Below, in pieces: positions 1-9,555 of a stretch of 64,000 nucleotides of DNA. Source of the DNA: a virus; the IMG/VR virus record IMGVR_UViG_3300031857_022279. One strand, written 5' to 3'. Below the pieces are notes generated by a model. It ran no database searches. It was not told the DNA's origin and saw only the letters and a program-made list of their open reading frames with translations. How positions within the stretch are numbered: position 1 is the first letter of the stretch; every line of letters begins with the position of its first letter. A program made the position numbers and the translations under genes.

Positions 1-1009
1 CTTTATCTGAGTCAGATTCGTAACTTACAAACGTCAAGTCATCAATTTGTGGTCTATCAAATCTTCTACATACTACTAGTCTATTATTTGGATAAACACC
101 AAAATCTCTACAGTATGCGAAATCTGCCCATCTTAATTTTAGCGCTGGGTATGATTCTAACTTTTCAATTATGTTATTTGTGCTTATATCATATACTGTG
201 TCATTATGTAGATCAGCAGCTGATTTATTAAAATCTAATGGATTGTCTGATAGTCTGTTTCCAGACTGTCCATCACCATTTCCTGACTTTTTCCCTTGAT
301 CTATTAAGAAATTTCTTGTCGAAAAAAGTGGATTGTTATCTCTACCATTTTTATAGTCATATCCTTTAGAGTTTATTAGACCTAGAGGTGATGATGTATA
401 GTAGGCATTTAGTTCTATTGCTTTTTCTTCAGGTCTTTGAACATTTGGATTCTCTAAAGCTCCAGTCTGAGTCGGATCAACTGCGCTATTTAATCCAACA
501 CCTTGTTGTAAAGGAGCAAGAGTTGGTTGAGTTGTTGGCAATAGTCCTGCATCTCTTGAGGCAATTCCAGCAATTGGTTCAGTTGGTGGAATAGCCTCAA
601 CAGGTTCTATTATACCACCTTCTTCATCTTCTGTAGGTGCGTTCGATGGAGTTGGATCTTCACCTTCTTGGTTTGGGTCTGAATCTCTCGGGTATAGATC
701 TCCTTCTCTATACGTTTGACCATCTATTTTATAACCTATTGTCTGACCCTGTTCTCTTGCTTTTGAAATTGCTGCTTGAGTAAGTTCTCCACCACTCACA
801 GGGAATCCAGTTGATATTTCCCTAGTGGTTCCATCTGGGTCAACTTTAAATCCCATACTACTTAATAAGAATGCCGCACTGTCTACTTTTGCACCCTCAT
901 TTAGAACCTCTACATTTAAAAAATCATCACCTGACCCGTTCGCTGCAATGTTGATAGTTATTCCTATAACACGGCTATCAACTTGATAATCAAATTTAAC
1001 TTGAGCCAT
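1..1009 (-). CDS. Large protein, N-terminal 336 codons, runs off the window start; possibly structural (absent from ORF track)
   Basis: Open frame from ATG at 1009 (MAQVKFDYQVDSRVIG...LRWADFAYCRDFGVYPNNRLVVCRRF...) to base 1 with no stop; preceded by AATATATA motif at 1033-1040 on the minus strand. The structural role is a guess. Confidence 0.85.
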   Translation of the reverse strand, partial: MAQVKFDYQVDSRVIGITINIAANGSGDDFLNVEVLNEGAKVDSAAFLLSSMGFKVDPDGTTREISTGFPVSGGELTQAAISKAREQGQTIGYKIDGQTYREGDLYPRDSDPNQEGEDPTPSNAPTEDEEGGIIEPVEAIPPTEPIAGIASRDAGLLPTTQPTLAPLQQGVGLNSAVDPTQTGALENPNVQRPEEKAIELNAYYTSSPLGLINSKGYDYKNGRDNNPLFSTRNFLIDQGKKSGNGDGQSGNRLSDNPLDFNKSAADLHNDTVYDISTNNIIEKLESYPALKLRWADFAYCRDFGVYPNNRLVVCRRFDRPQIDDLTFVSYESDSDK

Positions 1010-1065
1010 TCTTTAACAAAATATAATTTTTTTATATATTAACAAGAGTAAAATCTCTTACCTCA

Positions 1066-1482
1066 TCAATAATCTCTAATAATTTGGCTATTTGAAAATT
1101 TAGATAAATTTGAAAGAACGTCTTCTATAACATCTTGATTTTTTCTAAATTCGTTATAAAAGATTAAAACATTAAAGTCATTGGTACCAAGTATCTTCTT
1201 TAAGTTTAAGAGCTTCTCGATAGAAAACTCGTTGTCAAAGTCTGGTATGTAATAGATATCTTTTTTACGATCAATTGCCTGTTGAATTTTATTGAAAATT
1301 AAAATTTTTAAATAAGTTCTATCATCTTTGAAGTTGACCTCTTCTTCTTCCATTATTTTTTTAATATCAATAATGTACTTATTCTTAATTTTATTAACCT
1401 TTATAAACTTGTCGAATTTTTTTCGCACCTTACAGTAGACACAAAAAAAACTCATTTTATCTTGATTTTCTGAACTTGTCAT
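1066..1482 (-). CDS. Hypothetical protein (probable start MSFFCVYCK)
   Basis: ORF track; divergent from 1612; no recognisable family. Confidence 0.6.
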   Translation of the reverse strand: MTSSENQDKMSFFCVYCKVRKKFDKFIKVNKIKNKYIIDIKKIMEEEEVNFKDDRTYLKILIFNKIQQAIDRKKDIYYIPDFDNEFSIEKLLNLKKILGTNDFNVLIFYNEFRKNQDVIEDVLSNLSKFSNSQIIRDY

Positions 1483-1599
1483 TACATATTGACCTTACTT
1501 TTTAGTGGGTTAATAACACTTAAATTTTCAATATTTTTGTCTTGATATATATTCCCTCAACTTACCTCTCTACATTATGTTTATTGAGATAGAATTTTT

Positions 1600-1607
1600 A
1601 ATATATA
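1600..1607 (+). promoter_or_regulatory. AATATATA putative late-promoter motif (representative copy)
   Basis: Same octamer at 3353, 16143, 18092, 22985, 25977 and 39893 (+) and at 1033 and 7286 (-), each 4-35 nt before a start codon. Confidence 0.55.
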
Positions 1608-1611
1608 ATTT

Positions 1612-2991
1612 ATGAGGAAATATTCAGAAAAATTCCTAGACAAATACAGCTTTTTGAAAAATGCTATCATAGGACTTGAATTTGAGTTTTATATGAAAGA
1701 CCTCTCTTTCTATAAGACAATGGAAATGTTAAATAAAGAATTAGACCCTGTGAAGGTTCATGGATTTAGACAGTACCACTCTAATTTTACACCAGATAAA
1801 AACAATTTTAAATTTGAACCAGACCTTTCAGGTGGTTCTAACATGGTTGAATTAGTTACTGGTCCACTTGAATATACTGACGCTAAATATTATCTAATAA
1901 AAATATTAAATTTTATTCAAAATTATGGATATACTAATGATAGATCTTCAATACATTTTAATTTATCTTTCTCTGACTCTGATAAGAATCTAAATGATTT
2001 GAACATCTTAAAACTTATTTTGAATGTAGATGAAGAAGAAATCTATAGGTTTTTTCCATCTAGAAAGAATAATATTTACGCAAAATCTATCAAGAATATT
2101 ATACCATATAAAGAGTATGACTTTTTTAATATTCCTATTGATGCTGTAAAAAACAATCTGATTCTTCCTGATAACAAATATTTCGGTATTAACTTTCTAC
2201 ATATAAATAATGACAAAGAATCTCAAAGGTTAGAGTATAGATATTTAGGTGGTAAAGATTATCACTTAAATACTGGAAATATCCTATACTTTCTTGATAG
2301 ATTTATACTTGATACCTATAACTCTATTGATGTCGGTTTTGATCACAGTGATTCTGAAAAACTTGAATCATATCTTGAGAGTAATATCTCTAAATTTAAA
2401 AGCTTTTCGAAATACGATAACTTCCTTGTTGAATATCCTTCTATACAAATTCAAATTGATCAAAATCATATGTATGAACTTGTGAGTTCATATTTTTCAA
2501 AAATATTTGATAGACTGTATGACCTAATAGAATGTACAGATGATTTAAAAGATTGTATTATAAACTATATAACATCAACTCAAAAGATAGAAGTTGTTGA
2601 TGCTAAAGTGAAGTCACTTCTAAGTATAAGTAATTTTGAGTTCGTTAACTGCACAATTATGGATGGCATTTATGAAAACTGTAATTTCTATGGATGTGAA
2701 ATAAATGAGTCACAGATTTCTACTTCGAGAATTGACTCAAGTGATGTGAATAGATCAAAGGTTTTAAGCTGTAGAGTTGATAACACAAATCTCACTGACT
2801 GTTTCTTTATGAACGGGTTCTTAAATGGAGATATGAAAGGTGGTATTTATCGTAGTGGTGAACTTGGCCCATACGCTTCTATTTCACCAGAAACTAAGTT
2901 AGTCGGAACTGAAGATAATTTCTTTAATACTAAATTTGATTCTGAAAAGACTGGTGACCATAAAGGTGACATAAAAGCATTTAAGAAATGA
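1612..2991 (+). CDS. Putative amidoligase (COOH-NH2 ligase type 2, glutamine-synthetase-like fold) with C-terminal beta-helix-like repeats
   Basis: GLEFE...FEPDLS...VELVTGPL...SSIHFNLS...YFGINF...RLEYRYLGG motif series; C-terminal xxxFxNC pentapeptide-like periodicity. Confidence 0.75.
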   Translation: MRKYSEKFLDKYSFLKNAIIGLEFEFYMKDLSFYKTMEMLNKELDPVKVHGFRQYHSNFTPDKNNFKFEPDLSGGSNMVELVTGPLEYTDAKYYLIKILNFIQNYGYTNDRSSIHFNLSFSDSDKNLNDLNILKLILNVDEEEIYRFFPSRKNNIYAKSIKNIIPYKEYDFFNIPIDAVKNNLILPDNKYFGINFLHINNDKESQRLEYRYLGGKDYHLNTGNILYFLDRFILDTYNSIDVGFDHSDSEKLESYLESNISKFKSFSKYDNFLVEYPSIQIQIDQNHMYELVSSYFSKIFDRLYDLIECTDDLKDCIINYITSTQKIEVVDAKVKSLLSISNFEFVNCTIMDGIYENCNFYGCEINESQISTSRIDSSDVNRSKVLSCRVDNTNLTDCFFMNGFLNGDMKGGIYRSGELGPYASISPETKLVGTEDNFFNTKFDSEKTGDHKGDIKAFKK

Positions 2992-3368
2992 AATATCTAA
3001 AATATTTTGAAAATAATCCTGGAATATTCAATATTGAAATAGAGGATATTCAAGAGATATTCAGTGACTTCATAGACGATTTTCAAGTTACAGTGGTCTT
3101 TGGAAAAAAACTACATCAGTTCAATATTGTTGATACTAAAATTACTGACCAAGATATAAAGTTGGGATTCAAGTATTACTCACAAGTTAGACTAATACCT
3201 CTCGTTAAAAAAACTCCATATGAACTATCTGGATACATTAACTCTGATGAATTTCTAGAAAGACAGTCTGAAGTTGTATCTAAATTAGACTATTATGATT
3301 TAGAATTACATAAGGTTTTCATAGAGAGCACTCCTAGTTCAATATTATTTTTAATATATAGTAAATAA
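2988..3368 (+). CDS. Hypothetical protein with MKYLKYFE N-terminal motif
   Basis: ORF overlapping the upstream stop (ATGA); N-terminal motif shared with many ORFs here. Confidence 0.75.
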   Translation: MKYLKYFENNPGIFNIEIEDIQEIFSDFIDDFQVTVVFGKKLHQFNIVDTKITDQDIKLGFKYYSQVRLIPLVKKTPYELSGYINSDEFLERQSEVVSKLDYYDLELHKVFIESTPSSILFLIYSK

Positions 3369-3384
3369 AACAAAAACTAAAGAT

Positions 3385-5244
3385 ATGAAGAAATTTCAAT
3401 CATTTGTAAATGAAGAAGTCGGTATAAGAAATATTAAGAAGATAATAGGACCTATGAAAACCGCTGAAATTTATTTCCACAAAGACCTAGATGGTGTGAC
3501 GTCAGCACTTGCTATGAAATATTTCTTAGAAACTTACTATCAGGTTAAAATAGTAGATGCCCACCAAATTCAATATGGTGGAATGGAGTTCGCTATTAAA
3601 AATCACAAAGAAGGTAATCTTTGCGTGTTAGTTGATTTTGCTCACGGAAAACCAATGTTTCATATACAATCTGACCATCATGATAGTCAAATTGGAGCTG
3701 AAGATACAAAGGGAACTTATTTTAAACCAGCTAGGTCAAATGTAGAGATTATATCCTCAGAAATTTCTTACTCAGATGCTTTTACTCCTGGAGATATTGA
3801 ACTTATTAAAACAGTAGATTCTGCTGATTTTTTCAGACAAGGAATAACTACACAAGATGTTAGAAATTCTATTTTCCAAATAAAAACCGAAGATTCTGGA
3901 CAGAAAAATAGATTTATGATGGGATTTGTAGTTAATAGACTTCTTTTAGCCTACAAAAATAAAAGAATCTCTGTTAGAAGTATGGATGGAAAAAGAGACC
4001 ACATTAATAAAAACATATTAGAATGCATGGTCTTAGATTGTAATCCTTCACTTATTTCGATGTTCACTAATTTAAAACATTATATAAACACCGCTCGTGT
4101 TTCTGATAAGTCTGGTGTGTTAGCAAAACCAGAAGAGTTGACTAAGAATATTGACAACTATATTCAAAAGATGAGAGATTATAGATTTATAGAAGATCCA
4201 GATACCGGTGAAGTCACTGAATATGATCCTCAAAGTAGAAAACATCAGTTTTTAATGAGCCAAAAAGGAGCTAAAGTTGGAAAAGGTGTACACTACGATG
4301 ATAAAGATAAAATTATAATTCAATATGGTGGTGGGTCGATGATCAAGCCAGGGTCTTATGATAGGTATGTTCCTTTTAATAATTTCCCAGAAGCTAATTT
4401 TATCTGTATGGTTTGGCCACTAGGTCTGATACAAGTTAGTTGTAATCCGTTCAAAGAGAAAAAATTAAAAGATATAGATCTTGGTAAAATTGCAAAAGAG
4501 GTTTTATCTACACACGAACCTGTATTGAGTAAAATTCTTATTTCTCTAGATTGTTTAAAGAAAGAATTTGAAACTTCACAAGATTGGAAGAAAATGCAAA
4601 AAGAAGAAGGTCCGGATTATCAAGGTGTAGGATTTAGATATACAGACCTTTTAGCATTTTATGGTGATAACTCAAAGGGTGGTAATTGTATAGTAGAAAA
4701 GGTAGATAGTTCTTATGAAAAAGTATCAGATGAAAGACTAGTAGATGTTAAAGATTCTATGAATTCAGTTTATGATAAATTATCTCAAGATGATTTTTCA
4801 AATCTGCAAAGCTTTTATATTTCTGTTTTTGACTTGATCAAAAGAAATTCAGGTGGTCACCCATCAATTACTAATCTTCAAGGATGGGGATTTTTAAAAT
4901 ACAACAGTGAGGCTATGAAAATAGCTTACGGTGCCGAAAAGTATACTGACGTAATGAAAAAGGTGGCTCGTGAGTTTGTTGATAATTTAAAAGATAAAAT
5001 AGACCTATATGAACAAGGTAAGTCTATTGAATATTCGACAAAGGACATTGAGTTTACAGGTCAAGACATAAATGAAAATTATGAATTTGAGATATTACAC
5101 AGTGATGGTAAAACATCTAAAGTGAGTAAAGATGAATTTGTAAATGCTGGATTTGGCAAAGCAATGAGACCTGAGAGGTTATCTATAGATGATAAAAATA
5201 AAAAAATTATTGCTAAATTTGAAAGTTTTAAAAATAAAAAGTAA
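3385..5244 (+). CDS. DHH-superfamily phosphoesterase
   Basis: YFHKDLDGVTSA (DxD), LVDFAHG, SDHHD (DHH) motifs and a late SGGH motif; N-terminal MKKFQSFVNEE. Confidence 0.75.
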   Translation: MKKFQSFVNEEVGIRNIKKIIGPMKTAEIYFHKDLDGVTSALAMKYFLETYYQVKIVDAHQIQYGGMEFAIKNHKEGNLCVLVDFAHGKPMFHIQSDHHDSQIGAEDTKGTYFKPARSNVEIISSEISYSDAFTPGDIELIKTVDSADFFRQGITTQDVRNSIFQIKTEDSGQKNRFMMGFVVNRLLLAYKNKRISVRSMDGKRDHINKNILECMVLDCNPSLISMFTNLKHYINTARVSDKSGVLAKPEELTKNIDNYIQKMRDYRFIEDPDTGEVTEYDPQSRKHQFLMSQKGAKVGKGVHYDDKDKIIIQYGGGSMIKPGSYDRYVPFNNFPEANFICMVWPLGLIQVSCNPFKEKKLKDIDLGKIAKEVLSTHEPVLSKILISLDCLKKEFETSQDWKKMQKEEGPDYQGVGFRYTDLLAFYGDNSKGGNCIVEKVDSSYEKVSDERLVDVKDSMNSVYDKLSQDDFSNLQSFYISVFDLIKRNSGGHPSITNLQGWGFLKYNSEAMKIAYGAEKYTDVMKKVAREFVDNLKDKIDLYEQGKSIEYSTKDIEFTGQDINENYEFEILHSDGKTSKVSKDEFVNAGFGKAMRPERLSIDDKNKKIIAKFESFKNKK

Positions 5245-5254
5245 ATATTTTTCA

Positions 5255-5262
5255 TATATTTG
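5255..5262 (+). promoter_or_regulatory. Bacteroidota housekeeping promoter -7 element TAnnTTTG
   Basis: TATATTTG 5 nt before ATG at 5268. Confidence 0.5.
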
Positions 5263-5267
5263 CAATT

Positions 5268-6104
5268 ATGATTATAACTCTCGAAACAATAAAGCATAAT
5301 TTACAAGTTTTAGAAGAAGTAAAAAAGGAATTTCCACTTCTACAAGATTATATAGATGGGAAAGTTTTTCCAGAAACGGTAAACAATATAGGTCTTGACC
5401 AAATTGTTAGTTTCATAAATTTCATTAAGGAAAATGAAAAAAATGGAATTCAATTAGTCAATGAATCAAAAATTACCTATCGAGAAGTCAAGAAAAAAGT
5501 AGCTGAAATGAGCTACAATCAAAAATCTAAAGGAATCTTCTTAAAGAAAAAAGAAGAAGATTTCATAAAAGTATTTCAAGACCTCAAAGTGAATCGAAGA
5601 TACACAAGATCAAATAATCAGTCTTATTGTCCGGGCTTAGAAAAAACAGAGGCTCTTATACTCAATTATTTTGCTCAGAATTCAATATCAGTAGACTCCT
5701 CATTTTTTAGAAATAGTTTCTATTTTACAAAAATACAAAAACCTCAGTATTTCTCTCGTGAACTTAGAATGACTCGAGATCTTATTGATCAATTTATTAA
5801 TTTTGCAAAAACACAAGACTTTGATTTTAGAAAATGTAATATAAAGTCTTTAATTAGTGAGATTAATAGTAGATTAAGACCTATGATGAAAATTGATTCT
5901 GAATTAATTGTTAGGTCTATACGTGAGCAGAAAAACTTTACTTTAGATAATATTTATAAAGTAATCGAAAGTAGGGTAAATTATTACGGATTCGTAGAAA
6001 TAAAAGTTGAAGATGATAAGGGTGTTATCTCTTATGTACCCTATTCAAATTTTGAAGAAGTATCAAGACAAAGAGATGAACTCTTTAAAGAATTAGGTTT
6101 ATAG
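5268..6104 (+). CDS. Hypothetical protein
   Basis: 278-aa ORF; no recognisable family. Confidence 0.75.
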   Translation: MIITLETIKHNLQVLEEVKKEFPLLQDYIDGKVFPETVNNIGLDQIVSFINFIKENEKNGIQLVNESKITYREVKKKVAEMSYNQKSKGIFLKKKEEDFIKVFQDLKVNRRYTRSNNQSYCPGLEKTEALILNYFAQNSISVDSSFFRNSFYFTKIQKPQYFSRELRMTRDLIDQFINFAKTQDFDFRKCNIKSLISEINSRLRPMMKIDSELIVRSIREQKNFTLDNIYKVIESRVNYYGFVEIKVEDDKGVISYVPYSNFEEVSRQRDELFKELGL

Positions 6105-6105
6105 A

Positions 6106-6714
6106 ATGCCAGGAACTACAGAAATATTAGGAGCTCTTAAACTCTATCCATCAAAATTAAAATCAATTTATTGTTTTGGCAGCAGAGTATATGGTACGCA
6201 CAATGAGAAATCAGATTGGGATTACGTCATTATCGCAAACACACCAGACACAAATAAAGAGATAAATTATTGGAGTTTAGTTAGTAAAACAACTCTGAAT
6301 ATGCATATTATGACCTCTGATCATTTCTTACAACACCTAAATGAATATCGATCTTTTGCTATTGAGTGTTTTTTCGCACCTCAAGAATTTAGATTATTCG
6401 AGTCTGTTAGATTTAACTGGACACCAAAGAGAAGATCACTTGTTCACTCTTTTACACATATATCAAATATGGCATGGGATTCTAGTATAAAAAAATTTGA
6501 AGAAAACTATTACTCATCAATTAAATGTGTTTTTCACAGTATAAGAGTGCCACTTTTCGCAAAACAAATTCTACAACACGGTACAATAGTTGACTTTAAA
6601 GAAGCGAACTATATCTATGAAAAACTACAATCTAAGAATTGGACTCTTGATGAATTAGATAGTGAGTTTAGTAAAATAAGACAAGAATCTATTGAGAATC
6701 TTAGAAAACCTTAA
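6106..6714 (+). CDS. Pol-beta-superfamily nucleotidyltransferase
   Basis: IYCFGSRVYG...SDWDY (GS...DxD signature) followed by a helical C-terminal domain. Confidence 0.8.
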   Translation: MPGTTEILGALKLYPSKLKSIYCFGSRVYGTHNEKSDWDYVIIANTPDTNKEINYWSLVSKTTLNMHIMTSDHFLQHLNEYRSFAIECFFAPQEFRLFESVRFNWTPKRRSLVHSFTHISNMAWDSSIKKFEENYYSSIKCVFHSIRVPLFAKQILQHGTIVDFKEANYIYEKLQSKNWTLDELDSEFSKIRQESIENLRKP

Positions 6715-7280
6715 AAATTCTCTGTTAATTCTTCTACTCTTTTCTTATACTTTTCTGCCATTTTAGAAATCAACTCATGATTATATTCAGTGTCGGCCAA
6801 AAGTGACTCACATGCTTTCAATCTTAAAAATGCATTACCGACAGTGTTTATTTTATCTGCTGACTTTTCAGTTTGTTCAATCAACAAATCAGCATCTTCA
6901 CTATACTTTGAATAAAGAGACTTTACGATCTTTTTATGTCTGTATAAACCCTCTGGTTGAGAATTTATAGACTCAATTTTTTCGTCTAAAACTTTCCAGT
7001 CAGTAATCTTAGATTTAAGTGATTCTAATAATTTTACCTTTTCTTTATTTGACTTTGAATCTAATAGGTCCATAAGTGCCTCGACAAATAACTCTTTACC
7101 TGCAACTTTCATTGTACCAGCTACATGATATCTAGTAATTGGTCCATACATCTGAACTCTTAAAAGATCATCTAAGAGTGACATAACTTTAGATTTGAAG
7201 ATATCACTTTCAGTTATTTTCTTTTCAATTTTTGGCTCTTCTGCCACTTTTTGTCCGGTAATATTTGAGAATTTTTTCAT
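6711..7280 (-). CDS. Hypothetical protein
   Basis: 189-aa ORF; AATATATA motif 5 nt upstream of ATG. Confidence 0.75.
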   Translation of the reverse strand: MKKFSNITGQKVAEEPKIEKKITESDIFKSKVMSLLDDLLRVQMYGPITRYHVAGTMKVAGKELFVEALMDLLDSKSNKEKVKLLESLKSKITDWKVLDEKIESINSQPEGLYRHKKIVKSLYSKYSEDADLLIEQTEKSADKINTVGNAFLRLKACESLLADTEYNHELISKMAEKYKKRVEELTENF

Positions 7281-7326
7281 ACACTTATATATTAATTAGA
7301 AAAGTTCAGTATTCATTGTATACAAA

Positions 7327-7352
7327 AAAAGTCAGATGTTACTCTGACTTTT
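7327..7352 (-). terminator. Rho-independent terminator after the Hc1-like gene
   Basis: AAAAGTCAGA-tgttac-TCTGACTTTT inverted repeat with A/T tracts. Confidence 0.7.
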
Positions 7353-7374
7353 CTAGTTATTTTTTATTCATTAA

Positions 7375-7590
7375 TTAAAGAGTTTGTCTATATGTCTGAA
7401 CATCATCTCTGATTTCTTGAGACTTCTTTTTAATCTCTTGCATAAACTTTCTAACTCTAGTAGCGGCTGTTTTGTTACCTTTTACGAAGAATTTTTCAAA
7501 CTCTTCTTTTAAAAGATACTTTTTGCCGTCAATTTCAACTTCTTCTGTCAATAACTTTAACAGTTGATCATACTTGTCTGTGTACTCCAT
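7375..7590 (-). CDS. Histone H1-like Hc1-family protein (Bacteroidota type)
   Basis: EFEKFFVKGNKTAATRVRKFMQEIKKKSQEIRDDV matches the family pattern KF..KGNK.A.TR.RK.MQ..K...QE.R..V. Confidence 0.75.
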   Translation of the reverse strand: MEYTDKYDQLLKLLTEEVEIDGKKYLLKEEFEKFFVKGNKTAATRVRKFMQEIKKKSQEIRDDVQTYRQTL

Positions 7591-7671
7591 AGTTTTATTT
7601 TATTTTTTCCTTTAAACCAACCTAACTAAATAGTTGTCGATTTCATGTATATATTAAAATAAAAAAATCAC

Positions 7672-7989
7672 TTATTGAGTTTTGCCAAAAATTCTCTCCT
7701 TTACAGAGAGTTTTCTAGGTTTTTTCAGTTCAAGTATTTCTGATTCCAACAGTCTTCTTTGATCTTCGGAGCTTTGAACTTTCAAGGTTAAATTATCAAC
7801 AGAAGATTGTAAATTTTTTATTAACGGTTCAGAGTTAGTTTTATATAGTTGATGTTTACCATGAAGAATTTTATAAAAATTTCTGAATTTCATAATCAAG
7901 TATTTATAGTCATCTGGTCTGAAATTCTCAATCAAGTCAGATGTCATTAAAAATTCTAATATTTCCTCATCGGTCAACTCTGATATCAT
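7672..7989 (-). CDS. Hypothetical coiled-coil protein
   Basis: 105-aa ORF in tandem with the AAA gene. Confidence 0.7.
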   Translation of the reverse strand: MISELTDEEILEFLMTSDLIENFRPDDYKYLIMKFRNFYKILHGKHQLYKTNSEPLIKNLQSSVDNLTLKVQSSEDQRRLLESEILELKKPRKLSVKERIFGKTQ

Positions 7990-7990
7990 A

Positions 7991-9052
7991 TTAAACTAAT
8001 CCAATATTATTTTTTTCAGTATTTAAGTTGTTTTTGAAAACATCAACAAGCCTTGTATTCTTCTTTATCTTTTTATTAAATCCAAGTTCTTTTGAGAGTT
8101 CAGTCGCTACTTCCGAGTCTAGCTCTTCTATATTTATGACATCTACTAAGTTATTAGAGTCTAAAAGACATTCATCAATTTCATCTTCATTATCAACATT
8201 AAATATTAAGAGAACTTGTAATTCAAGTTGTTCTGAAACTATACTGTCTACTAACTGTAGTATGTTACTACTGAAGTAGTTGTTTTTTCCATAAATTGGG
8301 TTATAAAGAAACTCACAATCATCTACAATTAGAAAACACTTACTATATTTTTTTAAGAAAGACCTAAACTCTGAACTATTTATTGATGAATCTACCATGT
8401 TGGTAGGCACATAGATAACAAGTCTATCAACTTTTGATGAGATATATTTCGATAGATTTGTCTTTCCAACACCTTTATCACCATAAATTATTGATAATCC
8501 TTTGTTAGTATTTTTGATTTCTTTGATTAGTTTCTTAACCTTTTTAATTGACTTGTGATTGTAGAGTGACTCTAGAGAGTATGTTGACTTTTCAAATAGT
8601 AGTGGTGAGAGTTCTAGACTACCACCAACTGATTCCAAGACGTTTATTTTATCTATTGTATCATCTTCATAATCAACAATACAGATTGATAATTCGTTAA
8701 TAATTTTATTTACTGTTTCTTTTTGACTCTCAGATTTGAAGTAAAAACACAAATCGTTTATTAAGAAGTTTTCAGTAAACATATTCATTTTTACAAAACT
8801 AATGAAAATGAATTCTTCAACTTGAAGTAAGACTCTTTGGTTATGAACATAGTCATCTCCACTTGGGAGTAGCTCGGTCAGAGTGTTATCTTTACCCCAC
8901 TTTTCTTGGATATTTTTAGATACTACCTCTTCAAAATCTTTTCCGATAAATGTGTCATGAATGATTAACCTATTTGGTCTTTCTTTCCATTTATCAAAAA
9001 TTATTAAAAAATCATTATTGGTTGATTCTTCGCTAGTGATATTTATGTTCAT
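7991..9052 (-). CDS. AAA+ ATPase
   Basis: Walker A GDKGVGKT, Walker B FLIVDDCE. Confidence 0.8.
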   Translation of the reverse strand: MNINITSEESTNNDFLIIFDKWKERPNRLIIHDTFIGKDFEEVVSKNIQEKWGKDNTLTELLPSGDDYVHNQRVLLQVEEFIFISFVKMNMFTENFLINDLCFYFKSESQKETVNKIINELSICIVDYEDDTIDKINVLESVGGSLELSPLLFEKSTYSLESLYNHKSIKKVKKLIKEIKNTNKGLSIIYGDKGVGKTNLSKYISSKVDRLVIYVPTNMVDSSINSSEFRSFLKKYSKCFLIVDDCEFLYNPIYGKNNYFSSNILQLVDSIVSEQLELQVLLIFNVDNEDEIDECLLDSNNLVDVINIEELDSEVATELSKELGFNKKIKKNTRLVDVFKNNLNTEKNNIGLV

Positions 9053-9305
9053 TGTCGGTTTTTTACTTTAAAGATTTTATATATAATTAAAATAAGACGA
9101 AGGCCTTGAAAAACAAAGGAATTGACTCAATTTTAGTTATCAATAATTTTCTTTCTGTTTGTAAACTGAAGAAGCCTAATTGTCTTTTAACAAGACTTAC
9201 ACAGTCATATCTAAAAGTCAAAGTTAATAGACTTCTTCAATCTTATCAAACAGAATCGGTCTTACCAAAAAGAAGAGTTAGATTTTCACTTTTTGGTATT
9301 GTTTT

Positions 9306-9524
9306 TTAAATCTGTGGTCCAGAAAGATCAATCTGTGGTCCTTCGGTCATCGTTGGATTTACAGGTGGTAAGTTATCGTACAATCCTTTTTGCTTTTCTT
9401 GTTCGATAAGTTTCATAATCATTTCTCTTTGCATTTTTTCATTCTTTCTCTTCATTTCAGCAACTTTCTTGTTACGTGATGCCACTTTCTTTTTGTGGTC
9501 TTTTCTGTTTCTTGACTTTGGCAT
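9306..9524 (-). CDS. Small basic hypothetical protein
   Basis: MPKSRNRKDHKKKV...; K/R-rich N-terminus. Confidence 0.7.
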   Translation of the reverse strand: MPKSRNRKDHKKKVASRNKKVAEMKRKNEKMQREMIMKLIEQEKQKGLYDNLPPVNPTMTEGPQIDLSGPQI

Positions 9525-9555
9525 AATTTGTATATTTTGAAGTTATATTATTTTT

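Noticed and set aside
49-594. Plus-strand ORFs 49..231 and 388..594
   Set aside because: Antisense shadows of the truncated minus-strand gene 1..1009
9106-9309. TTG-started 67-aa ORF
   Set aside because: Non-ATG start and no recognisable motif; the nearby TATATA motif is explained by the divergent AAA gene. Left uncalled, though it may be real.
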